A stretch of 64,000 nt of DNA from Alphaproteobacteria bacterium (GTDB lineage: Bacteria > Pseudomonadota > Alphaproteobacteria > UBA7887): contig CBDCGL010000011.1 in assembly GCA_965216755.1 (NCBI GenBank), positions 3,328,001 through 3,392,000 of the forward strand. The letters run 5' to 3'. How positions within the stretch are numbered: the stretch's first letter is position 1; each line of letters opens with the position of its first letter. The notes below the pieces were generated by a model. It made no database searches and had not been told where the DNA came from. It saw nothing but the letters and a program-made list of their open reading frames with translations. Below are positions 47,502 to 57,487 of the stretch, piece after piece. The translations under genes were made by a program, and so were the position numbers.

Positions 47502-49346
47502 ATGTCCGGTTTGTGTCTTGTGGCGGGTGCGGCCGATGCGGCGACACGCATTCGTGGCCCGTTGGCGCGCTTGGGGGCGGATGGGACACCGTCGACCCAC
47601 GTCGGCGCGCAAATCGCGATCGGCGTCGTCAACCGGAACCGCCTGGGCGTTGGCGCGACACTCGAAACATTCGCGGATGGCTTGGTCGTCGCGCTCGACG
47701 GTGAGATTCTGGATGATGGGCTGGACGGTCAAAGTCCGTCGGCGCATGTGGCAGAACTCTATGCGGCCCAGGAGCTGGACAAGTTGGCGTGGCTCAACGG
47801 TTCTTTCGCGGTGGCGATCTATGATCCCGCCCGCGCGACCGTGGTGGCCGCGAGCGATCGATTCGGGTCCCGGAGTTTGTTCATTTGGCATGACGGCGTC
47901 CGACTATCGATCGCCAGCCGTCTGGCCGTTTTGCTGGCCGACGACCGCGTGCCACGGCGGCTGAGCGGCCAGGGGATCACGGAACTGCTGCGCTTTCAAC
48001 GCACGGTCGGCGACCATACCCAATATGCCGATATTCGCGCTTTGCCGGCGGCCGCCGTGTGGTTGTTCGCCGACGGACGTGTAACCCGGCGGCAATCTCG
48101 ACGTTTGGCTTGGCGGCGGCCCGACTTTGATCAACGCGAAGGCGCCCAGCTCTTGGCAGCGGCCATGCGTCGGGCAACCGCGCGCGCGGCAACGGCGGCC
48201 ATGCCGGGGCTGCTGCTGTCGGGGGGCCTCGACGCCCGTTGGGTGATGGTCTGTGCACGCGCCGAGGGGCGCACTTTGTCATGTCTCACCACGGCCACCC
48301 ACGACAACGACGAAGTCGCGATCGCGCGCGCCAGCGCGGCGCGCGCGCGCATGTCGTTTCGGTTTGTGCGCACGCCGCCGGATTCGCTACCGACGGTTTT
48401 CGACGCGGCAACGGTCGCGTCCGACGGTCTGTTTCAGGCGCCGATCAACCTTTACGGATTGCTGCCGGCGGCGGCGGCCGAACATGATGTCTTGTTGTCC
48501 GGTCACGGGCTCGATTATACGTTCCGTGGCTATTATTTGCCATGCAAGTCGATTCGTTTGGGTCGTTCGACGACACGTTTGCCAATGTTGCAGCCGGTGC
48601 CGGATGGCAGGCCGGCGACCGTGCTGGCGTCGTTGCGCGTGTCGCCGGCGGCGGCGGTGGCGGGGCGCCTGTTGCGCGGCGCCATGGCCGAGGCCTGGGA
48701 CGACCGCGCCGAAAGTGCAATGGCAACGGCGTTGGCCTATGCCGACATCGAGGATCCGTACAACGCCTGGGATGCTTTTATCCTTCATTGCCTAGGCCGG
48801 CACTATGCGTACTCGGATTTCGTTGCGATGCAATCGGTGGTCGGCCATCGCGCAGTGTGTTTTGATCATGCGGTGTTCGATCTCTATTTGGCGATGCCGC
48901 CGGCCTGGCGCGCATCGGGGCGCATGGCCCATGCCGCGATGATGGCGGTCGGCGCGGATTTGATGGGGTTGCCGGATGCCAACAGCGGCGTCGCCGCGCG
49001 CCACCCCTTCGGCACCCAGTTGGCACTGGCTTATGGCCGCGCGGCGTTGCGTCGCCTGGGTCTGCTGCGCACGGGGCCGCTGGGCGCGGCGGCGGAGACG
49101 CGGGGCTCGTGGGCGGACTATGGGGTCTTGCTCAGGGCTAACGCGGACATACGCGCGCGGGCGGAAAACCTGGCAACCAACGCCGCCCTGTTGGACAGCG
49201 GCATGTTCGACGCCGCCGGTGTGCGGTCGGTTGTCGCCGACCACATGGCTGGGCGGGCCAATCATAAACGGGTGCTGTTTCAACTGATGACGCTGGCGTC
49301 ATGGCTGGGGACCCACGGTTATGACCGCGCCGATCTCGCCGCCTGA
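47502..49346 (+). CDS. Asparagine synthetase-like amidotransferase lacking the N-terminal Cys
   Basis: N-terminus MSGL (not MCG), LNGSFA, SDRFG, LSGGLDAR, LSGHGLD. Confidence 0.8.
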   Translation: MSGLCLVAGAADAATRIRGPLARLGADGTPSTHVGAQIAIGVVNRNRLGVGATLETFADGLVVALDGEILDDGLDGQSPSAHVAELYAAQELDKLAWLNGSFAVAIYDPARATVVAASDRFGSRSLFIWHDGVRLSIASRLAVLLADDRVPRRLSGQGITELLRFQRTVGDHTQYADIRALPAAAVWLFADGRVTRRQSRRLAWRRPDFDQREGAQLLAAAMRRATARAATAAMPGLLLSGGLDARWVMVCARAEGRTLSCLTTATHDNDEVAIARASAARARMSFRFVRTPPDSLPTVFDAATVASDGLFQAPINLYGLLPAAAAEHDVLLSGHGLDYTFRGYYLPCKSIRLGRSTTRLPMLQPVPDGRPATVLASLRVSPAAAVAGRLLRGAMAEAWDDRAESAMATALAYADIEDPYNAWDAFILHCLGRHYAYSDFVAMQSVVGHRAVCFDHAVFDLYLAMPPAWRASGRMAHAAMMAVGADLMGLPDANSGVAARHPFGTQLALAYGRAALRRLGLLRTGPLGAAAETRGSWADYGVLLRANADIRARAENLATNAALLDSGMFDAAGVRSVVADHMAGRANHKRVLFQLMTLASWLGTHGYDRADLAA

Positions 49347-50511
49347 TAACCGCAGCGCGCGTGTGCTGCACGTCGACATCGAAGGCGGCTGGGGCGGCTC
49401 GTCGCGCAGTTTGTACGAACTAATTCGCTGCCTCGATCGGCGGCGGATCGTACCGCTGGTCGCACACCGTCAGCGCGGACCGATCGAGGCACGGTACCGG
49501 GCCTTGGGCGTCCCGACCGCGCATGTTCCGACGATCGGCTCGTTTGTGCCCCGGGCCGAGAAATGCGCGCGCAATTTTGTCGCGTCGCTGCCGCGTTTGG
49601 CCAAACTGCCGACGGCCGCTGCGCAACTGACGGCGCTGGCCCGGTCGCACCGGGCGGACCTGATACATCTCAACTATGAAGGTTTGTTCTTGTTGGCACC
49701 GAAGCTCAAACGCCGCCTTAACCTGCCGATCGTTTGTCATTGCCGCGCCTTGTTGCCGACCAATCCCTGGGGCCGTTGGCTTGCTAACAAATTGCGCCAA
49801 TGCGCGGATCATCTGTTTTTTATATCGCCGCAAGAGGCTGAGCGTTTCGCCGAATTGGTCGATCATCAACCGCATCGCGGCACGGTGGTCTGGAACATCG
49901 CCGGCGGCGTCGATACGCCGCAAACCATGGCGACGCCGCCGGAAGCGGTTTATCTGGGCAGTATCGATCCGTTCAAAGGCACCGACCGCTTGATCGATAT
50001 TGCGGTCGCTTTGGCGCGCGCCAAGTCGCCCCCATTGATCATTGCGGTCTATGGTGAAAATCGCGCGCGGCCCGGCTATCGCGCCGCCCTGGAACGTCAA
50101 GCGCGCGATGTTGGCGTCGCCGACCGGATCGTGTTTCGTGGGCATACCGCCGAACCGGAACGCGCGATTGCCGGTGCCTTGGCAGTGATCCGGCCGTCGC
50201 GCGGCAATGACCCCTGGGGGCGCGACGTGATTGAGGCGACGGCGTTGGGTGTGCCGGTTCTGGCCACCGGCAGTTATGACGGCGTCGTCGCACCAGGTCG
50301 CACGGGTTATTTATATGATCCGTTTGATGCCGACGCCATGGCTGCGCAGTTAGTGCGCATGGCCACGAATCCGACACATCGCGCGCAGCTATCGCAGGCC
50401 GCGCGCGCCAAAGGGGCGGCACGGTTCGGCGGCGGCGCCCAGGCCCGGACGGTCACGGATATATTTCTTGAACTCGCCGCCTTGCGCGACACGGATAAGG
50501 CTGCGGCATGA
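49321..50511 (+). CDS. Glycosyltransferase family 4
   Basis: GG..RSL, FKG, DPWGRDVIEA (D/E-x7-E), TGYL. Confidence 0.85.
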   Translation: MTAPISPPDNRSARVLHVDIEGGWGGSSRSLYELIRCLDRRRIVPLVAHRQRGPIEARYRALGVPTAHVPTIGSFVPRAEKCARNFVASLPRLAKLPTAAAQLTALARSHRADLIHLNYEGLFLLAPKLKRRLNLPIVCHCRALLPTNPWGRWLANKLRQCADHLFFISPQEAERFAELVDHQPHRGTVVWNIAGGVDTPQTMATPPEAVYLGSIDPFKGTDRLIDIAVALARAKSPPLIIAVYGENRARPGYRAALERQARDVGVADRIVFRGHTAEPERAIAGALAVIRPSRGNDPWGRDVIEATALGVPVLATGSYDGVVAPGRTGYLYDPFDADAMAAQLVRMATNPTHRAQLSQAARAKGAARFGGGAQARTVTDIFLELAALRDTDKAAA

Positions 50512-51515
50512 GTGAGGAGGTGGCGCGCGTCGGCGTGATTGGGGTTGGGCATTGGGGCCGCAACTTGGTGCGCAACTATGCCCAGCTGCAGGCGCTGGCC
50601 GGTTTTGCGGAAGCCGATCCGGAGAGGCAGGCGTGGACACGGCAGAACTATCCACGTGCGACGTGCTATGAGTCGGTGGACGCGCTGCTCGGCGATGAAG
50701 ACCTCGACGCCGTGGCGATCGCGACGCCGGCGGCAAGCCACGGTGCTTTGGTTTCGCGGGCACTGGACACGAACAAGCACGTGTTTGTTGAAAAACCGTT
50801 TTGTTTGGATGTTGCCGAAGGTCGGCAATTGGCGGACCGGGCCGTCGCGCAAGGCCGGGTTTTGATGGTTGGCCATTTGTTGCTCTACCATCCAGCTTTT
50901 TGCGCCTTGCAAAGCACCGTGACCAACGGGCATTTGGGACGCTTGCGTTATATCTATTCGAACCGTTTGAGTTTGGGCAAAATCCGTCGCGAGGAAAACG
51001 CGTTGTGGTCTTTTGCGCCACATGACATCTCGATGATTTTGGCGCTGACCGGTCGCATGCCGACGCGCGTCGTCGCCAACGGCGGCGCCTATTTGTCCCC
51101 ATCGGTTGCCGACACGACATTGTCGCACCTGACGTTTCCTGACGATGTGCAAGCGCATATTTTTGTCTCGTGGTTGCACCCCTACAAGGATCACCGTCTG
51201 ATTGTGGTCGGCACCGACGCGATGGCCGTATTTGATGACGTGTTGTCCGGCGCCGACAAATTGCGGCTTTATCGTCATGACGTCGGTTGGAACGGCAACC
51301 TGCCGACGGTCGATCGCGCCGCTGCCGAACCCATTGATTATGACGCGGGCGAACCGCTACGCGCCGAATGCGCGCATTTCTTGGATTGTGTTGGCAGCGG
51401 TGCCACGCCGCGATCCGATGCCAACGAAGGGCTGCGTGTGCTCGCCGTTCTAACCGCGTGCCAGCGGGCGCTGGCGCAAAACATGCCGGTCGCCCTTGGA
51501 CCCGAGGTAACATGA
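50508..51515 (+). CDS. Gfo/Idh/MocA oxidoreductase (WbpB/WlbA-like UDP-GlcNAcA 3-dehydrogenase)
   Basis: GVGHWG, VEKP, MVGH, SFAPHD, SWLHP; context next to WbpD/WbpE homologs. Confidence 0.8.
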   Translation: MSEEVARVGVIGVGHWGRNLVRNYAQLQALAGFAEADPERQAWTRQNYPRATCYESVDALLGDEDLDAVAIATPAASHGALVSRALDTNKHVFVEKPFCLDVAEGRQLADRAVAQGRVLMVGHLLLYHPAFCALQSTVTNGHLGRLRYIYSNRLSLGKIRREENALWSFAPHDISMILALTGRMPTRVVANGGAYLSPSVADTTLSHLTFPDDVQAHIFVSWLHPYKDHRLIVVGTDAMAVFDDVLSGADKLRLYRHDVGWNGNLPTVDRAAAEPIDYDAGEPLRAECAHFLDCVGSGATPRSDANEGLRVLAVLTACQRALAQNMPVALGPEVT

Positions 51516-52081
51516 ACGCCGCACGGATTCATCCGACCGCCGTGGTTGCCGATGAGGCCGTTATCGGCGACGGGACGCGGGTTTGGCATTTTAGCCATAT
51601 CATGGCCGGCGCCCGCATCGGCGCGCGCTGCGTCATTGGCCAAAACGTGATGGTCGCGGCCGGTGTCAGGGTTGGCGATGGATGCAAACTACAGAACAAT
51701 GTTGCGCTTTATGCAGGCGTTGAACTGGAAGACGACGTGTTCTGCGGTCCCAGCATGGTGTTCACCAATGTGTTGACGCCACGCGCGTTCGTCGACCGCA
51801 AACAGGAATTTGCCACCACGCGCGTCTGCCAAGGCGCCACGATAGGTGCCAATGCAACCGTTATCTGTGGCGTGACCATCGGCCGCTTCGCGATGATTGG
51901 CGCCGGTGCGGTGGTCACCAAGGATGTGTCCGCCTATCAACTGGTTGTCGGCAACCCGGCCCACCCGGCCGGCTGGGTGAGCCGTACCGGCGATCGTCTC
52001 GGCGACGATCTGGTCTGTCCACGCACGGGCGCGCGTTATCGTCTCGACGATGGCGTTCTCTCGCCTCTATCCACCGACTGA
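51512..52081 (+). CDS. wbpD: WbpD/WlbB-like N-acetyltransferase
   Basis: VWHFSH, GQNV, QNNV, FCGPSMVFTNV..PR, GNPA...GW. Confidence 0.85.
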   Translation: MNAARIHPTAVVADEAVIGDGTRVWHFSHIMAGARIGARCVIGQNVMVAAGVRVGDGCKLQNNVALYAGVELEDDVFCGPSMVFTNVLTPRAFVDRKQEFATTRVCQGATIGANATVICGVTIGRFAMIGAGAVVTKDVSAYQLVVGNPAHPAGWVSRTGDRLGDDLVCPRTGARYRLDDGVLSPLSTD

Positions 52082-52082
52082 A

Positions 52083-53228
52083 ATGGGACCGCATATGGTG
52101 GCCGACCCGATTCCCTTTGTTGATCTGAAAGCCCAATATGCGGCTTTGAAACCGACGATCGATCAGGCCATTCAAACGGTGCTCGATCACGGCCGCTTCA
52201 TCTTGGGGCCGGAAGTTGCCACCTTGGAACGTGCGTTGGCCGAATTCAGTGGTTGCGATCATGTCGTCACCGTCGCCAACGGCACCGATGCGCTGATCAT
52301 TGCTTTGCTGGCCGAGGGCGTCGGGCCGGGCGACGCGGTCTTTCTACCCGCCTTTACATTTCCGGCGACCGCCGAGGCCCCGCTTCTGCTGGGCGCGACA
52401 CCTGTGTTTGTCGATGTGTGCGCGGATAGCTTCAATATCGACCCGGTCGATTTGACGCAAAAAGTGGGCGCCGTGGCCGCCGGCGGCCGTTTCAAGCCGC
52501 GCGCCGTCATCGCGGTCGATTTGTTTGGACACCCGGCCGATTATGCGGCGATCAACCAAGTGGCTGTTGAGCATGGTTTGTTTGTGCTGGCCGATGCCGC
52601 GCAAAGCTTTGGCGCCCGGTGCGGTCACACACAGGTCGGCCGTTTGGCGTCCGCCACGGCCACCAGTTTTTTTCCCGCCAAACCGTTGGGTTGCTATGGC
52701 GATGGCGGCGCGCTGTTGACCGAAGACCCAGATCGCGCCGCGGCATATCGCGCGATCCGCGTTCATGGGGCTGGCCGTGAAAAGTATGAAATCGCACGGC
52801 TCGGTATGAATAGCCGCTTGGATAGTCTGCAAGCCGCGATTTTGTTGGCCAAACTCAAGGTCTATGACGCGGAATTGCGACGTCGTGATGAAATTGCCAA
52901 GCGCTATGACGCGGCGCTTGGCGATGTGGTCAAATTGCCGCCCCGCGCCACTGGAGTCGCGGGCGCGTGGGCGCAATACACGATCCGCGTTGACGACCGT
53001 GACGACCTGGCCACGCGTTTGCGCGATGTGGGCATCCCGACGGCGATCTATTACCCGGCTCCCCTGCACATGCAAAAGGCGTATGCTAGTTTTGGCGGCG
53101 GCCCTGGCAGTTTACCGGTCAGCGAACATTTGGCACGGCATGTGCTGAGCTTGCCGATGCATGCCTATTTGAAAGCCGCGACGCAACAACGCATTATCGA
53201 TGGCATTCGTGACGCGGCGCATCGGTAG
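52083..53228 (+). CDS. wbpE: WbpE/WlbC-like DegT aminotransferase
   Basis: FVDLKAQY, NGTDAL, DAAQSFGA, SFFPAKPLGCYGDGG, NSRLD; start 52083 or 52095. Confidence 0.82.
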   Translation: MGPHMVADPIPFVDLKAQYAALKPTIDQAIQTVLDHGRFILGPEVATLERALAEFSGCDHVVTVANGTDALIIALLAEGVGPGDAVFLPAFTFPATAEAPLLLGATPVFVDVCADSFNIDPVDLTQKVGAVAAGGRFKPRAVIAVDLFGHPADYAAINQVAVEHGLFVLADAAQSFGARCGHTQVGRLASATATSFFPAKPLGCYGDGGALLTEDPDRAAAYRAIRVHGAGREKYEIARLGMNSRLDSLQAAILLAKLKVYDAELRRRDEIAKRYDAALGDVVKLPPRATGVAGAWAQYTIRVDDRDDLATRLRDVGIPTAIYYPAPLHMQKAYASFGGGPGSLPVSEHLARHVLSLPMHAYLKAATQQRIIDGIRDAAHR

Positions 53229-53372
53229 CGACATTGCGTTACGTGTACCGCGCGTCACGGCCAAGTTCCGATCTGCACGTTGGGCGTAAAGGGTTGTCGG
53301 CCTTGGCTATTTCGGGGTGACACAGCGGCTTGCATTCGATGTGCTCAACTTTGCCGGCGGCGGCGCGGCGGG

Positions 53373-54320
53373 TCAGGAGTTTGGCTTGGTGGCGACCAAG
53401 ACGCAGCCGCTGACGGCCAGGTCTTCGTCGCGCAATGGTCGCAGCGACGCCGCCAATCGCGGCCGAATCGTGCGCACCGCCGCCAACGCGAGGGCGCGCT
53501 TATCGGCATCGATGTCGCCCCATCGCGCCGGTGGCAGTTCGTCAGGCACGCCGGCCAACCGGGTAATGCGCAGCGATCCATGCAAACCACTGTGTTCGAG
53601 CCATTGGCGCCATGCTGGCCACAACACCCGGTTGGGGCGCCCCGCGCCACGGGTCATCGCCGTATAGAGCCGATCCGTGACGGTAAGAAAAGTCAGCGGA
53701 TGGCGGCCGGCAAACATGCCGTGGTCGCGCATGTCGATGCGATGGACGAGCGTGCCGCCGGGCTGCAAGGCCTTGGCCATATGGTCCAGCGCCGCCAGCG
53801 GATCATAGAGGTGCTCCAGAACGGCGCGCGACAATATCGCCGCGAACGGTTCCGGCGGTCGGAGAAAAAACGCTTCCGCCGGTATGCCATCGTGATAGTG
53901 CAAATTTCTGATCGTTGTTTCATCGGGCGGCCCGTCGAACAAATCGGGACGCCCCATCCGCTGTGCCAAGGCCACGTAAATCGGCCGTTGGCGCGCGCTG
54001 TCGCGCGCCGGCCGGTAACGATCTATGGCATGAACCGTCGTCGCACCGCCGGCGAGCAGCATTGTGGCGACGCCGAAATTGTCGCCGGGCCCGATTTCGG
54101 CCACCGCACCGGTGAAACGCGTACGGTCGGCATAGGCCAGATAGTCGCCGTAAACCCGCTCGATGTAGGTTAGCGACGCCGCAACGTCCAAATCCGCGTG
54201 GCGGGTCCCGGATCGGGTGGTCAAGCGGCCATGCGCCAAGCGTCGGCGCGCGCGCCAGTCGTCAACCAGATAGGCGGCGCAGGTCAACGCAATGCTGCGC
54301 CGGATCAGCGTTCGGATCAT
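53373..54320 (-). CDS. Class I SAM methyltransferase
   Basis: EIGPGD, SRAVLEH, LQPGG..H.ID.RDH, NR; start moved to ATG 54320. Confidence 0.8.
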   Translation of the reverse strand: MIRTLIRRSIALTCAAYLVDDWRARRRLAHGRLTTRSGTRHADLDVAASLTYIERVYGDYLAYADRTRFTGAVAEIGPGDNFGVATMLLAGGATTVHAIDRYRPARDSARQRPIYVALAQRMGRPDLFDGPPDETTIRNLHYHDGIPAEAFFLRPPEPFAAILSRAVLEHLYDPLAALDHMAKALQPGGTLVHRIDMRDHGMFAGRHPLTFLTVTDRLYTAMTRGAGRPNRVLWPAWRQWLEHSGLHGSLRITRLAGVPDELPPARWGDIDADKRALALAAVRTIRPRLAASLRPLRDEDLAVSGCVLVATKPNS

Positions 54321-54487
54321 GGCTCGGTTCTCGGCGGCATCTTGATTCTGTGTGACATGGGCGGAAGCCGATCTACAAACACGCAAAATGTGACAACGCG
54401 TCGGGCCTTTGCGCAGTGAAATCGGAGCGACAGGTGGACCGCCCGGGCGCACCGGTCACGCAACCGGCGGCCTGTCGCCGTGATGCC

Positions 54488-55576
54488 ATGGACGCCGGGC
54501 CGGTCGATGTCATGCATGTCGTCACCGGTCTCGATATTGGCGGCGCCGAGCATCAATTGACCTTGCTTGCCGAGGCAAACATACGCGCCGGCAGGCGTGT
54601 CCGCGTGGTCAGCCTGTTGGCCGGCGGCGACTATCGCGCGCGGTTGGAACACGCCGGCGTCGCGATCACAGACCTCGGCATGCGCCGCGGTCGCCCGTCG
54701 CTCACGGCCTTGACGCGGCTCATCGGACTGATCCGTCGGCAGCGGCCCAAGGTGCTGCAAAGTTGGTTGTATCATGCCGACCTCTATGCGACGACCGCGC
54801 TGCTGTTGTCGGGACGGCGCCGGCGCACGCGGCTGCTGTGGTGCGTGCGCTGTTCCGATATGGATGCCACCCGCTATGGCGCGCCGCTGCGCCTGGTCAT
54901 GGGCTTGTGCGCGGCTTTGTCGCGCGTCCCCGATGCGATCATCGCCAATGCCGTTGCCGGGCGCGACGCCCACCGCCAGCGCGGTTATCGCGCCCGATCA
55001 TTTCCGGTCATCGCCAATGGTATCGACACCGACATTTTTCGTCCGGATCCTGTGGCCCGTGCCGCGGTGCGCGCGCAATTGGGCATCGACGCCACGGTGC
55101 CCGTGTTGGTGCATGTGGCCCGCGTCGATCCGATGAAGGATCACGCGACATATCTTGCCGCGCTCGATCGCATGCCAAACATCATCGGACTGGCGATCGG
55201 CGACAACACGCGAAATCTGCCCGATCATCCACGATTGCGGCGCCTCGGCGCGCGCACCGATGTTGCGCGGCTGATGGCCGCGGGCGATGTGATTGTCTCC
55301 AGTTCCGCCTTTGGCGAGGGGTTTTCGAACGCGATTGCGGAAGGCATGGCGACGGGCTTGCCGGCCGTAGCGACCGATGTCGGTGACACGGCCATGATTG
55401 TCGGCGACTGCGGGCGGGTGGTGGCGCCAGGTGATCCGGTCGCCCTCGCCGACGCGGTGACGGCTCTTTTGGGCGACGATCCGGCTGCACTGGGGGCGCG
55501 TGCGCGCCACCGCATCAAGGCGCAATTCGGCATTGCCGCCATGGTCGCGGCCTACGATGAAATAGCTACGGTCTGA
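54488..55576 (+). CDS. Glycosyltransferase family 4
   Basis: GGAE, WLYHA, IANGID, PMKDH, EGFSNAIAEGM, TDVGD. Confidence 0.9.
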   Translation: MDAGPVDVMHVVTGLDIGGAEHQLTLLAEANIRAGRRVRVVSLLAGGDYRARLEHAGVAITDLGMRRGRPSLTALTRLIGLIRRQRPKVLQSWLYHADLYATTALLLSGRRRRTRLLWCVRCSDMDATRYGAPLRLVMGLCAALSRVPDAIIANAVAGRDAHRQRGYRARSFPVIANGIDTDIFRPDPVARAAVRAQLGIDATVPVLVHVARVDPMKDHATYLAALDRMPNIIGLAIGDNTRNLPDHPRLRRLGARTDVARLMAAGDVIVSSSAFGEGFSNAIAEGMATGLPAVATDVGDTAMIVGDCGRVVAPGDPVALADAVTALLGDDPAALGARARHRIKAQFGIAAMVAAYDEIATV

Positions 55577-55579
55577 CCC

Positions 55580-57487
55580 ATGTGCGGGCTGGCGGGGTTT
55601 GTCGATCTGGGTGGTTTGGACACGGATTTGATATTACCGAGGATCGACGCGGCGGTTGCGCGGTTGCGGCCGCGCGGACCGGACGGCGAGGGGCGTTGGC
55701 ACGACCACTATTGCGCGCTGGGTCATACCCGCCTGGCGATCATCGATCTCAGTTCAAATGGCGCCCAGCCCATGGCCGGCCATGGCGGCGTGATCGTCCA
55801 CAATGGCGAGGTCTACAACCATCAGTCCCTGCGCGCGGATCTCGCGCGGGCTGGACACCGCTTCCGCAGTCGCTCCGACACCGAAGTATTGCTGGCCGGT
55901 TGGCGTCACTGGCATGACGACCTTTTCGACCGTCTGCGCGGCATGTTCGCGTTTGCCTTGTGGGATCCGAATCGCCGCGCACTGGTGTTGGTGCGCGATC
56001 GTTTCGGAAAGAAACCTTTGTTGTTTTGGCATGCCAATAACCGCTTGGCGTTCGCGTCTGACTTGGTGGCCCTGGATCACGTACGTGGCGAACGCGCGCC
56101 GATCGATCCTGTGGCGTTGCGGCTGTTGTTTACATTGCGTTTCTTGCCCGACCCGGTCGCCATGCGCGCGGGTGTACAGAAACTGCCGCCGGGCCATCTG
56201 GCTATCTTCACAGAAGATGGCTTGACGATGCGCCGGTGGTATCAGGGCCCGGACACAACTGCGGCGACCGAGCCCGACGTGGCGGCAGATCAGGCATTGA
56301 AGGCCGATTTTGACAGCGCGGTGGCGGACCGGCTGGTGGCCGACGTGCCGGTCGGGGTTTATTTGTCGGGCGGTATCGATTCGGCGCTGGTCGCTGCCTC
56401 GGTGGTCGCGCAAGGTGCGCCGGCGCGCAGCTTCACGGTCGGTTTTCGCGGGGCGGCGGCCTATTTCGAAGAACGACCGGCGGCCGCTCATGTCGCGCGT
56501 CATCTGGGTTGTGACCACACCGAAGTCGAAGTCGGTGCCGACGACGCATTGGCCGCCATGGATGCCGTGTTCGAGGGTTTGGATGAACCGTTCGGCGATT
56601 CATCGGCCCTACCCAGCTATGTGCTGGCGCGGGCAACCCGGGGTCATGTCAAAGTTGTTTTGTCCGGCGATGGCGCCGACGAAGTGTTTGGTGGTTATCG
56701 CCGCTATCGGGCCGAACTCTATGCAGACGCGTATCGACGATGGCCGGGCTGGCTCCGCCATGGCGTCATCGAACCGCTTGTCGGCGTTTTGCCCGAGAGT
56801 AAGACCTCGCCGCTATTGGAGCATGCGCGCCGCTTGCGGCGGTTCGTTGCCCATGGCGCCAAGCCCGCCGCGGCCCGGCAAGCTGGGTTCTATCGGCTGC
56901 TTGATGAAACGGCCCTCGACCAGCTGCTGGGGCCGGCCGAGTCGGTGCCGTTGATCGAACAGACGATGGCGGGGTTGCGCGCGTCAGCGGGCACAGACGA
57001 CTCGATAAACGCCATGTTGGCCGCCGATATCGCGTTGGTTTTGCCGTCCGATATGCTGGTCAAGGTCGACCGCATGAGCATGGCCAATAGTCTAGAGGTG
57101 CGTTGCCCGTTTCTCGATCACCGCGTGGTCGCGCGCGCGGCCGGGCTGCCCGGGCACCGCAAGGTCTCGCGGCACGGCCTGAAACGGGTCTTGCGCGAGG
57201 CATTTGCCGACCGCTTGCCGGCGGCGGTGTTTCGACGACCGAAAAAGGGCTTTGAACTGCCCATCGCCGAATGGTTGACCGGCCCATTGGCCGAGCGCAC
57301 CCGCGCCGCCATTGATCCCGGGCGCCTGCGCCGCCAGGGCTTGTTCAATCCAAAGCTACCGAACGATTGGTATGATGATCTGGTTGCCCGGCGCCGTGAC
57401 ATGTCGGAGGCCCTGTGGACTTTGGTCGCGTTTCAGGCCTGGTGCGACCACCATGACTCGCACGCCACCGCCGTCGCCGCGCAGTGA
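55580..57487 (+). CDS. asnB: Glutamine-hydrolysing asparagine synthase-like amidotransferase (glycan amidation)
   Basis: MCGLAG, RGPD, RLAIID, NGE.YN, SDTE, LSGGIDS, SGDGADE, KVDR.SM. Confidence 0.93.
   Translation: MCGLAGFVDLGGLDTDLILPRIDAAVARLRPRGPDGEGRWHDHYCALGHTRLAIIDLSSNGAQPMAGHGGVIVHNGEVYNHQSLRADLARAGHRFRSRSDTEVLLAGWRHWHDDLFDRLRGMFAFALWDPNRRALVLVRDRFGKKPLLFWHANNRLAFASDLVALDHVRGERAPIDPVALRLLFTLRFLPDPVAMRAGVQKLPPGHLAIFTEDGLTMRRWYQGPDTTAATEPDVAADQALKADFDSAVADRLVADVPVGVYLSGGIDSALVAASVVAQGAPARSFTVGFRGAAAYFEERPAAAHVARHLGCDHTEVEVGADDALAAMDAVFEGLDEPFGDSSALPSYVLARATRGHVKVVLSGDGADEVFGGYRRYRAELYADAYRRWPGWLRHGVIEPLVGVLPESKTSPLLEHARRLRRFVAHGAKPAAARQAGFYRLLDETALDQLLGPAESVPLIEQTMAGLRASAGTDDSINAMLAADIALVLPSDMLVKVDRMSMANSLEVRCPFLDHRVVARAAGLPGHRKVSRHGLKRVLREAFADRLPAAVFRRPKKGFELPIAEWLTGPLAERTRAAIDPGRLRRQGLFNPKLPNDWYDDLVARRRDMSEALWTLVAFQAWCDHHDSHATAVAAQ

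Noticed and set aside
12668-49346. RiPP cluster (radical SAM/SPASM, ATP-grasp, AsnB-like lasso cyclase, ABC exporter)
   Set aside because: No precursor peptide, RRE/PqqD domain or leader peptidase was seen; all genes are interleaved with sugar-nucleotide enzymes.
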